Below are positions 29,078-37,949 of a stretch of DNA of 52,807 nt, piece by piece. The number at the start of each line of letters is the position of its first letter. Position 1 is the first letter of the stretch. The notes under the pieces were generated by a model. The model was not told the DNA's origin. It saw only the letters and a program-made list of their open reading frames with translations, and ran no database searches. Source of the DNA: Flavobacteriales bacterium (GTDB lineage Bacteria > Bacteroidota > Bacteroidia > Flavobacteriales > BACL11). The position numbers and the translations under genes were made by a program. The stretch is from positions 1-52,807 of the forward strand of contig DUAO01000122.1 in assembly GCA_012960805.1 (NCBI GenBank). Reading direction: 5' to 3'.

Positions 29078-29311
29078 ATGCAAAAACTAGCTAATTTAGC
29101 AATAGGTACTAAGGGAGAAATACGATCAATCTCTGATAGTGATTTGGAACAGAAATTATTAGAGATGGGATGCACCCCTGGAGAGAAAATTGAAGTTGTT
29201 AGAAGAGCTCCTTTTGGAGGTCCTGTTGCTATATTAGTTTCTTCCTATGTGCTGAGTATCAGAAAAGAAGATGCTTTAAAAATTGATGTAAAATTATTGA
29301 AGGATGAGTAA
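29078..29311 (+). CDS. feoA: Ferrous iron transport protein A
   Basis: 77-aa SH3-like FeoA sequence (LEMGCTPGEKIEVVRRAPFGGPVAI). It overlaps feoB by 8 nt. Confidence 0.85.
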   Translation: MQKLANLAIGTKGEIRSISDSDLEQKLLEMGCTPGEKIEVVRRAPFGGPVAILVSSYVLSIRKEDALKIDVKLLKDE

Positions 29312-31382
29312 AGAGCAGATTAAAATTGCTTTGGCTGGAAACCCAAATTCGGGTAAAACTACTTTGTTTAATGCCTTTACAGGTTTAAAACAAAAAGTAG
29401 GAAATTACCCAGGAATTACGGTTGAGAAGAAAAGTGGTAAAGCTAAATTGTCAGATAAATATAATGCTGAGATAATTGATTTGCCTGGTACTTATTCATT
29501 ATTTCCAAAATCAATGGATGAGCAGGTAGCACAACAAGTGCTGTGTAATAATACAGATGAGGATTATCCGGATGTAACTATTGTAATTGCTGATGCAACC
29601 AATTTAAGGCGTTCCATTTTTTTACTTACACAAGTTATTGACCTGAACATGAATGTTGTATTAGCTTTAAATATGGTGGATATTGCTACCAAAAAAGGAA
29701 TACTTGTTAATGTAAATTTATTATCGGAAGAATTAGGAATACAAGTTATCGCTATAAATGCCCGCAAAGGAAACGGAATTGAAAGTTTGAAACAGGCAAT
29801 TATAAAAACTATTGATGAAAAACCAAAAAAACCGTTTCTGGATGTTACTAAAATTTTTAAAGGTGTAATTGAAAAGGCGAATGAAATTAGAGGAGTGGAG
29901 AATAATTATGCTTCATTTTTGGCTTTATGTAGACAAAAATTAAGTGGTGAAGTATTAAATAGGTGTGCTTTAAATCAATTGTGTAAACAGTACGAGATTA
30001 TACCAGAACGCATACAGGCAAAAGAAACGGTAAAAAGGTATAAGGCAATTGATAAAGTTATTTTTTCATGCGTTAAAAAAGGAGCTCCAGTAGGAAAACA
30101 CCAATTTACTAAAAAACTGGATGATTTATTAATCCATCCTTTTTTTGGCTATATTATTTTTTTGTTGATTCTATTTTTATTGTTTCAGGCAGTTTTTTCA
30201 TGGTCAGCTTATCCAATGGAATTAATTGACGGATTATTCACCGACTTGTCAATTTGGACTGCCAACGCTATGCCAAAAGGCATGTTGAATGATTTGGTGG
30301 TAAATGGGATTTTAGCAGGGCTTGGTGGTATTTTTATTTTTGTGCCTCAGATTGCTTTTTTATTTGCCTTTATTGCCTTTTTGGAAGACACAGGGTATAT
30401 GGCTCGAGTAAGTTTTATTACAGATAAATTATTAAGAGGTGTTGGACTAAATGGAAGGTCAATCATTCCATTGTTAAGTGGGGCTGCTTGTGCTGTACCG
30501 GCTATTATGTCCGCACGAACTATTTCTTCATGGAAGGAGAGGTTAATTACCATTATGGTAACGCCACTTATGTCTTGTTCGGCCAGACTGCCTGTTTATA
30601 CTCTTATTATTTCTATGATAATTCCTGCTGATGATTTTTTAGGATTTAATCTACAAGGTTTGGTGCTGATGATTTTTTATCTGATTGGATTTGTATCAGC
30701 AATTGGAGCGGCTTACCTTATGAAGTTTATCATAAAATCAAAAGAGCGCTCCTATTATATTATGGAAATGCCTTCCTATAAAATTCCGGATTGGAAAACT
30801 GTAATTTATACAATTGTCGAAAAAATAAAAGTGTTTTTGTTTGATGCCGGTAAAGTTATTATTGCTATTTCAATTGTATTATGGTTTCTTTCTTCTTTTG
30901 CGCCAGGAAAGAAATTTGAGCAAATTGAACAAGAATGGTCTGGAAAAGCAGATGCTGAAATGCATATTGCAGCTGATAAACTAGAAGCATCATATGCAGG
31001 GATTATTGGTAAAACCATTGAGCCGGCTATTAAGCCTTTAGGATTTGATTGGAAAATAGGAATCTCTTTAATTACATCCTTTGCTGCTCGTGAGGTGTTT
31101 GTTGGAACTATGTCAACCATATACAGTGTAGGTGATGATAATATACAATCCATAAAAGAACGCTTAAAAAATGTAAAAAACCAAGAAACAGGAGAGGCCT
31201 TTTTTACGCCAGCAGTTGGTATTTCTTTAATGTTATTTTATGCTTTTGCCATGCAGTGCATGAGTACATTGGCTATTGTTTATCGAGAAACAAAGCATTG
31301 GAAATGGCCTGTAATTCAGTTTTTGTATATGGGAGTATTAGCTTACTTATCTAGTTTTATAGCTTATCAAATACTAAGTTAA
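29304..31382 (+). CDS. feoB: Ferrous iron transporter FeoB
   Basis: N-terminal G-domain (GNPNSGKTTLFN, DLPGTYS, NMVD) followed by a polytopic membrane domain. Length is 692 aa. Confidence 0.95.
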   Translation: MSKEQIKIALAGNPNSGKTTLFNAFTGLKQKVGNYPGITVEKKSGKAKLSDKYNAEIIDLPGTYSLFPKSMDEQVAQQVLCNNTDEDYPDVTIVIADATNLRRSIFLLTQVIDLNMNVVLALNMVDIATKKGILVNVNLLSEELGIQVIAINARKGNGIESLKQAIIKTIDEKPKKPFLDVTKIFKGVIEKANEIRGVENNYASFLALCRQKLSGEVLNRCALNQLCKQYEIIPERIQAKETVKRYKAIDKVIFSCVKKGAPVGKHQFTKKLDDLLIHPFFGYIIFLLILFLLFQAVFSWSAYPMELIDGLFTDLSIWTANAMPKGMLNDLVVNGILAGLGGIFIFVPQIAFLFAFIAFLEDTGYMARVSFITDKLLRGVGLNGRSIIPLLSGAACAVPAIMSARTISSWKERLITIMVTPLMSCSARLPVYTLIISMIIPADDFLGFNLQGLVLMIFYLIGFVSAIGAAYLMKFIIKSKERSYYIMEMPSYKIPDWKTVIYTIVEKIKVFLFDAGKVIIAISIVLWFLSSFAPGKKFEQIEQEWSGKADAEMHIAADKLEASYAGIIGKTIEPAIKPLGFDWKIGISLITSFAAREVFVGTMSTIYSVGDDNIQSIKERLKNVKNQETGEAFFTPAVGISLMLFYAFAMQCMSTLAIVYRETKHWKWPVIQFLYMGVLAYLSSFIAYQILS

Positions 31383-31969
31383 TGGATGCTTTAAAAGTAT
31401 TCTTACCAGCACCTTCTTTACAAAAGATTACTGATTGGATTAATGAACTAGATGTTCAGCTTAACATTAAAAATCCTAGAAAAACCAAGTTAGGCGACTT
31501 TAAAGTAGTTAAGAAGACTTTATTCATCAGTATAAATAATGATTTGAATCTCTATTCTTTTTTAATCACTTTAACGCATGAATTGGCACATGCTTTTGTG
31601 TATGTAAAGTATAAAAAAGAAGTTTTGCCACATGGCAATCAGTGGCAAGAGATATTCAAATCTATGATGTTAAATTTTTTGAACCCAGCAATTTTTCCTG
31701 ATGATGTGCTTAAAGTGTTGAGTATACATTTAAAACATCCTAAAGCCTCCACCTGTACGGATGTAAATTTAGCAACTATATTAAAAAAGTATAATCATAA
31801 AAAAGCACTTACAATTTCGGATATTAAGGATGGGGGTATTTTTTCAACTTCAAATGGAAAAATATTTAAAAAAGGAAGGCAATTAAGAAAGAGATATAAA
31901 TGTGTTGAATGCACCAGTAATAAGGTGTATTTATTTCACCCATTGGCAGAAGTTATCCTAATGCAATAA
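31382..31969 (+). CDS. SprT-like zinc metalloprotease-domain protein
   Basis: HExxH motif (THELAHAF) and a C-terminal Cys pair (KCVECTS). Its start shares one base with the feoB stop. Confidence 0.7.
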   Translation: MDALKVFLPAPSLQKITDWINELDVQLNIKNPRKTKLGDFKVVKKTLFISINNDLNLYSFLITLTHELAHAFVYVKYKKEVLPHGNQWQEIFKSMMLNFLNPAIFPDDVLKVLSIHLKHPKASTCTDVNLATILKKYNHKKALTISDIKDGGIFSTSNGKIFKKGRQLRKRYKCVECTSNKVYLFHPLAEVILMQ

Positions 31970-31988
31970 AAGCTTGTTCTTTTTGTTG

Positions 31989-31996
31989 TATTTTTG
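31989..31996 (+). promoter_or_regulatory. Candidate -7 promoter box (TAnnTTTG)
   Basis: TATTTTTG lies 28 nt upstream of the ATG at 32025. Confidence 0.4.
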
Positions 31997-32024
31997 CAAC
32001 CAATAATTGATAAAAAAATAGAAG

Positions 32025-33113
32025 ATGAATAAAAACAATTATGCAGTAATTATGGCTGGCGGGATAGGTTCCCGATTTTGGCCAATGAGTAAGTCAACTT
32101 GTCCAAAGCAATTTTTAGATATTTTAGGAACTGGCGAAACCTTAATACAACAGACTTTTAAGCGGTTGTCAAGAGTTTGTCCTGCTGAAAATATACTAAT
32201 AGTTACCAATAAAAACTACAAAAATTTGTGTTTAGAGCAGCTTCCAGATGTTGTAGAAAAAAATATATTATGCGAGCCTGCAATGCGCAATACTGCACCT
32301 TGTATAGCGTTTGCCGCTTTCAAAATACAAAGCGAAAATCCTGAAGCAAATATGATTATTGCGGCATCTGATCATATTATAATAAAAGAAGATGAGTTTG
32401 TAAGAGTGATGCATGATTGTTTGGAAGTGAGTGCAAATAACGATGTACTATTAACCCTAGGAATTACCCCTAGCAGACCTGATACAGGTTATGGCTATAT
32501 TCAGTTTACTAATCAGGATTTGATGGGACATAAAAAGATAAGAAAAGTGAAAACTTTTACTGAAAAACCCAACCAAGAATTAGCTCTTAATTTTTTGGAT
32601 AGTGGAGATTTCTTGTGGAATTCAGGAATATTTATTTGTAGCACTAAATCAATAACACTAGCATATCGTAAACATTTGCGTGATATGTATGATGTGTTTG
32701 AAGAAGGAAAAATATACTATAATACTGAAAAAGAAACTGAGTATATTGATAGGGTTTTTCCAGGATGTAAGAATATTTCTATTGATTATGGGATTATGGA
32801 AAAATCAGCTAATGTATATGTGTATCCTGCTGATTTGGGATGGAGTGATTTAGGCACTTGGGGCTCGTTATATACTCAAATGGATTTAGATGAAAATAAC
32901 AATGCCGTGCAAGGTGATGCTGTTAGATTATACGAATCATCTAATAATATTATTAATATTCCAAAAGATAAATTAGTAGTGCTACAAGGTTTAAATGGAT
33001 ATATTGTTGTCGAAAATGAAGGAATACTACTTGTCTGTAAAAAAGAGGATGAACAACAAATAAAACAATTTGTTGCAGACATAAAAGCTAAGGGTGAAAG
33101 TGATAAGGTTTAA
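32025..33113 (+). CDS. Mannose-1-phosphate guanylyltransferase
   Basis: N-terminal nucleotidyltransferase motif IMAGGIGSRFWPMS, and GYGYI...EKP. Length is 362 aa. Confidence 0.85.
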   Translation: MNKNNYAVIMAGGIGSRFWPMSKSTCPKQFLDILGTGETLIQQTFKRLSRVCPAENILIVTNKNYKNLCLEQLPDVVEKNILCEPAMRNTAPCIAFAAFKIQSENPEANMIIAASDHIIIKEDEFVRVMHDCLEVSANNDVLLTLGITPSRPDTGYGYIQFTNQDLMGHKKIRKVKTFTEKPNQELALNFLDSGDFLWNSGIFICSTKSITLAYRKHLRDMYDVFEEGKIYYNTEKETEYIDRVFPGCKNISIDYGIMEKSANVYVYPADLGWSDLGTWGSLYTQMDLDENNNAVQGDAVRLYESSNNIINIPKDKLVVLQGLNGYIVVENEGILLVCKKEDEQQIKQFVADIKAKGESDKV

Positions 33114-33123
33114 AAAAGGTTTT

Positions 33124-34518
33124 TTACAATCCGCCACACATATCCTCAGGGGTTACCCAAGCATCAAATTCATCAGCAGTGAGATATCCTAAATTAACAC
33201 TTTCTTCTTTAAGAGTTGTTCCGTTTTCATGTGCTGTTTTGGCAATTTTTGCTGCTTTCTCGTATCCGATTTTAGTATTTAGTGCTGTAACTAACATTAA
33301 AGAATTATCTAGGTTCTTTTTTAAATTCTCATGGTTTGGTTCAATGCCTACAGCACAATTCTCGTCAAATGAAACACAAGCGTCTCCAATCAATTTGGCG
33401 GATTGCAAGAAGTTGGCTGCCATTAAGGGTTTAAAAACATTTAGTTCGTAATGTCCCTGCATTCCCCCTGTAGTTATTGCTACATCATTTCCCATTACTT
33501 GGGCACAGACCATGGTTATAGCTTCACATTGTGTTGGGTTTACTTTTCCTGGCATAATAGATGATCCCGGCTCATTAGATGGAATAATAAGTTCACCAAT
33601 TCCGCTTCTTGGTCCGGAAGCTAATAAACGAATATCGTTAGCAATTTTATTTAAAGAAACAGCCAATTGTTTTAATGCTCCATGACTTTCAACAATAGCG
33701 TCATGAGCTGCTAAAGCTTCAAATTTGTTTTCGGCACTTATAAATGGAAGCTCAGTGAATTCTGCAATTTTTTTAGCAACCAAATTGGCATATCCAGCAG
33801 GGGTGTTAATCCCTGTCCCAACAGCTGTTCCTCCTAAAGCTAATTCTGAAAGGTGGTCTAAGGTATTTTTTAATGCTTTTAACCCATGGTTTAATTGAGA
33901 AACATAACCAGAAAACCCTTGCCCTAAGGTAAGTGGCGTAGCGTCCATAAGATGAGTTCTGCCAATTTTAACTACTTTATTAAAAGCAACCGATTTGGCT
34001 TCTAAAGTATCGCGTAATTGCTCTACACCAGGAATGGTATTTTCTATTATAGTTTTGTAGGCTGCAATATGCATTCCTGTTGGAAAAGTATCATTTGAAC
34101 TTTGCGATTTATTTACATCATCATTTGGGTGAATTGTTTTTTCTACATCTTCCAAATTTCCGCCATTAATTACATGCGAACGATTGGCAATTACTTCATT
34201 GGCATTCATATTACTTTGAGTGCCACTTCCTGTTTGCCAAATTACTAAAGGAAATTGCCCATCATGTTGTCCTTCCAATATTTCATCACATACTTTGGAA
34301 ATCAAATCTCTTTTTTCTATAGACAAAACACCTAATTCACAATTGGTGTGTGCAGCTGCTTTTTTTAGGTAAGCAAAGCCGTAAACTATTTCCAAAGGCA
34401 TACTTGCAGGCATACCAATTTTGAAGTTGCTTCTACTTCTTTCAGTTTGTGCTCCCCAGTATTTATCAGCAGGCACTTGTACCTCTCCCATTGTATCTTT
34501 TTCTATTCTATATTTCAT
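33124..34518 (-). CDS. fumC: Class II fumarate hydratase
   Basis: [11 protein letters not shown] signature and the [10 protein letters not shown] and HPNDDVN motifs. Length is 464 aa. Confidence 0.95.
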   Translation of the reverse strand: MKYRIEKDTMGEVQVPADKYWGAQTERSRSNFKIGMPASMPLEIVYGFAYLKKAAAHTNCELGVLSIEKRDLISKVCDEILEGQHDGQFPLVIWQTGSGTQSNMNANEVIANRSHVINGGNLEDVEKTIHPNDDVNKSQSSNDTFPTGMHIAAYKTIIENTIPGVEQLRDTLEAKSVAFNKVVKIGRTHLMDATPLTLGQGFSGYVSQLNHGLKALKNTLDHLSELALGGTAVGTGINTPAGYANLVAKKIAEFTELPFISAENKFEALAAHDAIVESHGALKQLAVSLNKIANDIRLLASGPRSGIGELIIPSNEPGSSIMPGKVNPTQCEAITMVCAQVMGNDVAITTGGMQGHYELNVFKPLMAANFLQSAKLIGDACVSFDENCAVGIEPNHENLKKNLDNSLMLVTALNTKIGYEKAAKIAKTAHENGTTLKEESVNLGYLTADEFDAWVTPEDMCGGL

Positions 34519-34561
34519 CTTAAAATGTTTTGATAGTTTTATGAGTTGTTGTTTCTTTGTG

Positions 34562-34569
34562 CAAAATTA
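34562..34569 (-). promoter_or_regulatory. Candidate -7 promoter box (TAnnTTTG) for fumC
   Basis: The reverse complement reads TAATTTTG, 43 nt upstream of the fumC ATG (top coordinate 34518). Confidence 0.4.
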
Positions 34570-34719
34570 ATGATTATGAAATTCTTAGGCTTTTTAATAT
34601 TTGTTTTTGTTTTCCTAATGGCTTTTTGGGCTATTATTTTTCTTGCTAGTGTTATTCCTTACTTTATTTTTGTTTGGGCTAAAGAGGGAAAATTAGAGAA
34701 AGACCAGATTCCTGCTTAA
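34570..34719 (+). CDS. Possible 49-aa membrane micro-ORF
   Basis: Translation is MIMKFLGFLIFVFVFLMAFWAIIFLASVIPYFIFVWAKEGKLEKDQIPA. It is hydrophobic and probably has two TM segments. It occupies the fumC/arsC-family gap. No promoter box was seen, and AT-rich DNA readily yields Phe/Ile/Leu-rich ORFs. Confidence 0.2.
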   Translation: MIMKFLGFLIFVFVFLMAFWAIIFLASVIPYFIFVWAKEGKLEKDQIPA

Positions 34720-35075
34720 GTAAATAAGCTTAATACATTTTCTGGCGGCCTTCCTATTACCGCTTTATTATTATGTTCAATAATTGGACGCTCAATAAGT
34801 TTAGGGTTTTTTGCCATAATATTGATTATTTCATTATCCGTTAATATTTTTCCTTTATAATTTTCTTTCCATATTGCCTCTTGAGTTCTTATAAGTTCAC
34901 TGGCGTTTATATTGAGTTGTGGTAAAAGTACTTTTATTTCTTCAACTGTAGGCGGATTTTTTAAGTACTCAACAATTTTAAATTCAGAAGTATTTTTTTT
35001 AACTATTGCAAGAGCTTCTCTGCTTTTAGTACATCTAGGGTTATGGTATATTTTCATCTTTTTATTGTTGTCCAA
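34716..35075 (-). CDS. ArsC/Spx-family thioredoxin-fold protein (arsenate reductase family, YffB-like)
   Basis: N-terminal IYHNPRCTKSREAL (CxxS motif). Length is 119 aa. It overlaps the 3' end of prfB by 14 nt. Confidence 0.8.
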   Translation of the reverse strand: MDNNKKMKIYHNPRCTKSREALAIVKKNTSEFKIVEYLKNPPTVEEIKVLLPQLNINASELIRTQEAIWKENYKGKILTDNEIINIMAKNPKLIERPIIEHNNKAVIGRPPENVLSLFT

Positions 35076-36138
35076 ATTCCATTAAGTAGGCTTTTATAAA
35101 AGCATTTAAATCTCCATCCAAAATTGCATCAGGATTTGAGCTTTCATAATTTGTTCTTAAATCTTTCACCATTTTATAGGGATGAAGTACATAGTTTCTG
35201 ATTTGAGAGCCCCATTCAATTTTTTTCTTACTTCCTTCAATTTTATCTTTTTCTTCTTGTTTTCGTCTGATTTCTAATTCGTATAATTGAGATTTTAACA
35301 ATTTTATAGCTTTTTCCTTATTCTCTAATTGCGATCTTGATTCTGAATTTTCAATTATAATTCCACTTGGTTCATGTTTTAATCTTACTGCTGACTCTGT
35401 TTTATTAACGCCCTGTCCTCCAGCTCCACTTGATCGGAAAGTATCCCAACTTATTTCTGATGGGTCAATATTAATTTCAACACTATCATCAGCAAGAGGA
35501 TATACGAATACTGATGCAAAAGTTGTATGGCGTTTTGCATTGGAATCAAAGGGAGAAATTCTAACCAATCTATGCACACCATTTTCTCCTTTTAAATGTC
35601 CAAAAGCAAAATCACCTTCTATTTCAATAGTAACAGATTTAATGCCTACAGGTTCTGCTTTTTGAATATCAAGTGTTTTTACTTTATATTTGTTTTTCTC
35701 TCCCCACATTAGATACATGCGCATGAGCATTTCAGCCCAATCCTGCCCTTCAGTTCCTCCTGCTCCAGGATTTATAGTTATAATTGCCGACATACTATCC
35801 TCTTCAGCACTCAACATATTTTTGAATTCTAATTCTTCAATTGATTGTTTTGTTTTTTTCAACTGAACGTCAAGTTCATCTTTATTAGCTTCAAGTTCTA
35901 ACAAAACCGATAACTCATCAATATTATTAGTAACAGAGCTGTATGATGTTAACCAGCTTTTTAGTGTACTGAGTTTTTTTAATAAGATTTGAGCTTCCTT
36001 TGGGTTGTCCCAAAATCCATTTTGTTGTGATTTGGTTTCAAATGCATTAGCCTCAAGTTGTTTCCCTTTAATGTCAATAAACTTATAAAGTTCATCTTTT
36101 CGTAAAATCAGTTCTTTTATTTGCTCTTGGCTAACCAT
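35062..36138 (-). CDS. prfB: Peptide chain release factor 2, a single uninterrupted ORF
   Basis: RF2-specific SPF tripeptide (RISPFDS) and the GGQ motif (SGAGGQGVNKTESAVR). At 358 aa it includes the N-terminal region, so no +1 frameshift is needed. Confidence 0.95.
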   Translation of the reverse strand: MVSQEQIKELILRKDELYKFIDIKGKQLEANAFETKSQQNGFWDNPKEAQILLKKLSTLKSWLTSYSSVTNNIDELSVLLELEANKDELDVQLKKTKQSIEELEFKNMLSAEEDSMSAIITINPGAGGTEGQDWAEMLMRMYLMWGEKNKYKVKTLDIQKAEPVGIKSVTIEIEGDFAFGHLKGENGVHRLVRISPFDSNAKRHTTFASVFVYPLADDSVEINIDPSEISWDTFRSSGAGGQGVNKTESAVRLKHEPSGIIIENSESRSQLENKEKAIKLLKSQLYELEIRRKQEEKDKIEGSKKKIEWGSQIRNYVLHPYKMVKDLRTNYESSNPDAILDGDLNAFIKAYLMEFGQQ

Positions 36139-36151
36139 TGGTCAAAAGTAA

Positions 36152-36628
36152 TTATTTATCGCTTAATTCTCTTATTTTATCCCATACCAAATTGCTTTCA
36201 AACCCTCTTTGTATTAAAAAACTAGCGATTTTTGTTTTTCTTGTAAAGTGGTTTTTATCTTTTAAGGTGTCTTTCTTCTGATGCAATAATTTTTCAAGTA
36301 CTTTATTGTACTCATTATCATCAATTTCTTTTAGACCAATATTTATGCAAATTGTTGAGATTTGTTTGCGCTTTAGTTCATTAGTGATTTTGCGCTTCCC
36401 CCAATTCTTGATTCTGAATTTCCCTCTACAGAAAGATACAGCAAAGCGCTCTTCATCTACAAATTTATCCGTTATAAGCAGTTCCAGAATATGATCTTTT
36501 GTTGCTTGTTGTAGCCCCCACTCGTTTAACTTTTGAAGCACATCCCATTGGCACCTATCTTGCAAAGCGCAATAACTTTTGATTCGCTCAAGGGCAATAC
36601 GAATATCATAAACTCTTTTATTGTGCAT
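36152..36628 (-). CDS. recX: Regulatory protein RecX
   Basis: 158-aa helical-repeat protein. The YCALQDRCQWDVLQKL motif is typical of RecX N-termini. Confidence 0.75.
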   Translation of the reverse strand: MHNKRVYDIRIALERIKSYCALQDRCQWDVLQKLNEWGLQQATKDHILELLITDKFVDEERFAVSFCRGKFRIKNWGKRKITNELKRKQISTICINIGLKEIDDNEYNKVLEKLLHQKKDTLKDKNHFTRKTKIASFLIQRGFESNLVWDKIRELSDK

Positions 36629-36632
36629 TTTT

Positions 36633-36640
36633 CAAAAGTA
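36633..36640 (-). promoter_or_regulatory. Candidate -7 promoter box (TAnnTTTG) facing recX
   Basis: The reverse complement reads TACTTTTG, only 4 nt from the annotated recX ATG. Confidence 0.25.
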
Positions 36641-36660
36641 CTAAATCTGATTATAAATAC

Positions 36661-36668
36661 TACTTTTG
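36661..36668 (+). promoter_or_regulatory. Candidate -7 promoter box (TAnnTTTG) facing the MFS gene
   Basis: TACTTTTG ends 5 nt before the ATG at 36674. Confidence 0.3.
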
Positions 36669-36673
36669 CAGCC

Positions 36674-37948
36674 ATGCAAAACAAGCAAGCAATTACTCTT
36701 TTATTTATAGCAAATATCATTTCTGGTTTTGCTCAGGGGATTAGTATGATTGCGATTCCTTGGTATTTTGTAAAAATTGTTGAGCGCCCTGAAATGTTTG
36801 CGTCTGCTTATATTGGGATTACTTTTCTTACCTTATTTTGGGGTTTGTATGCGGGAACTTTAATTGATAGATACTCCAGAAAAAAACTCTTTATCATTAT
36901 TAATATAGTTTGTGGTTTTTGCATTGGCAGCATTGCTCTATATGGTTTTTATATGGATCATTTAGATGAAATGTTAGTTCTCCTAGTTTTTGGAATTACT
37001 ATTTTTAATTATAATGTTCATTATCCTAATTTGTATGCTTTTGGGCAAGAAATTACTGAGCCAAAAAATTACGGAAAGCTGAATTCCTATATTGAGGTTC
37101 AAGGGCAAACCACATCAGTATTAGCTGGTGCTTTTGCAGCTTTATTACTCACAGGAATACATAATAATATGTTGGAGATTGCAGGCTTTAGCATTCATGT
37201 GCCATTCAACATAAAAGCATGGACTATATATGAGGTATTTTTAATGGATGCAATAACCTATATAGTAGTAATCTTTATTTTTCTGTTGATAAAATACAAG
37301 CCTATTGTAAAGGAAGAAGTGCATAAAGGCAATTTGTTTTCTCGTTTGAAAGGAGGGGTGTTATATTTAAAAGATCATCCAATAATTTTTATGTTTGGAT
37401 TTCTTTCCTATATGCTTTTTGCCTTTACTTTAGTTGAGGTACACGTGCTGCTTCCTTCTTATGTGCATAAATTCTTACAGATGAATGGTAATATATATGC
37501 TTCTGCTGAAATATACTATTCACTAGGAGCAATTTGTTCAGGAGTGCTCATACTTAGAATATTCCGGAAATTAAATACTGTAGCTTCAATTATTATCCTA
37601 TTAGTATCTGTTTCCTTTGCTTTTTGTGCAATGGCGGCATATAAGTTGCTTTGGGTATTTTTCTTAGGGAATTTAGTCCTTGGCATTGCTAATTCAGGAG
37701 TTCGTATTTTAAGGACAACTTATATTTTTAATCATATCCCAAATAATCTAATTGGTAGGGCAAATTCTGTTTTTAATTCACTTAATGTCATTATAAGAAT
37801 GATGATGATTGGCGTTTTTGCTTTGCCATTTTTCCATCTTAATGACAATATTAGATACGGTTACTTTGTGGGAGCCGGGTTAATGTTTCTGACATTAATT
37901 CCCTTACTTTTTTGGTATAAACGAATTATATCAGTAGAGAAAAACTAG
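36674..37948 (+). CDS. MFS transporter
   Basis: About 12 TM segments, with the MFS loop motif GTLIDRYSRKK between TM2 and TM3. The track ORF starts at 36533, but that extension overlaps recX. The ATG at 36674 (MQNKQAITLLFIAN...) is preferred. Confidence 0.8.
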   Translation: MQNKQAITLLFIANIISGFAQGISMIAIPWYFVKIVERPEMFASAYIGITFLTLFWGLYAGTLIDRYSRKKLFIIINIVCGFCIGSIALYGFYMDHLDEMLVLLVFGITIFNYNVHYPNLYAFGQEITEPKNYGKLNSYIEVQGQTTSVLAGAFAALLLTGIHNNMLEIAGFSIHVPFNIKAWTIYEVFLMDAITYIVVIFIFLLIKYKPIVKEEVHKGNLFSRLKGGVLYLKDHPIIFMFGFLSYMLFAFTLVEVHVLLPSYVHKFLQMNGNIYASAEIYYSLGAICSGVLILRIFRKLNTVASIIILLVSVSFAFCAMAAYKLLWVFFLGNLVLGIANSGVRILRTTYIFNHIPNNLIGRANSVFNSLNVIIRMMMIGVFALPFFHLNDNIRYGYFVGAGLMFLTLIPLLFWYKRIISVEKN

Positions 37949-37949
37949 T

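Noticed and set aside
35062-36138. Expected programmed +1 frameshift in prfB (a short ORF ending in an in-frame UGA near codon 25).
   Set aside because: The RF2 ORF is continuous from MVSQEQIKEL... through the region equivalent to the E. coli shift site (…LYKFIDIKGKQLE…) to the SPF and GGQ motifs. No frameshift is needed. This fits a lineage that does not use SD-type interactions.
36533-36673. 47-codon N-terminal extension of the MFS transporter overlapping recX.
   Set aside because: It would overlap the divergent recX coding region by about 95 nt. A -7-like box and an ATG at 36674 precede the first TM segment.
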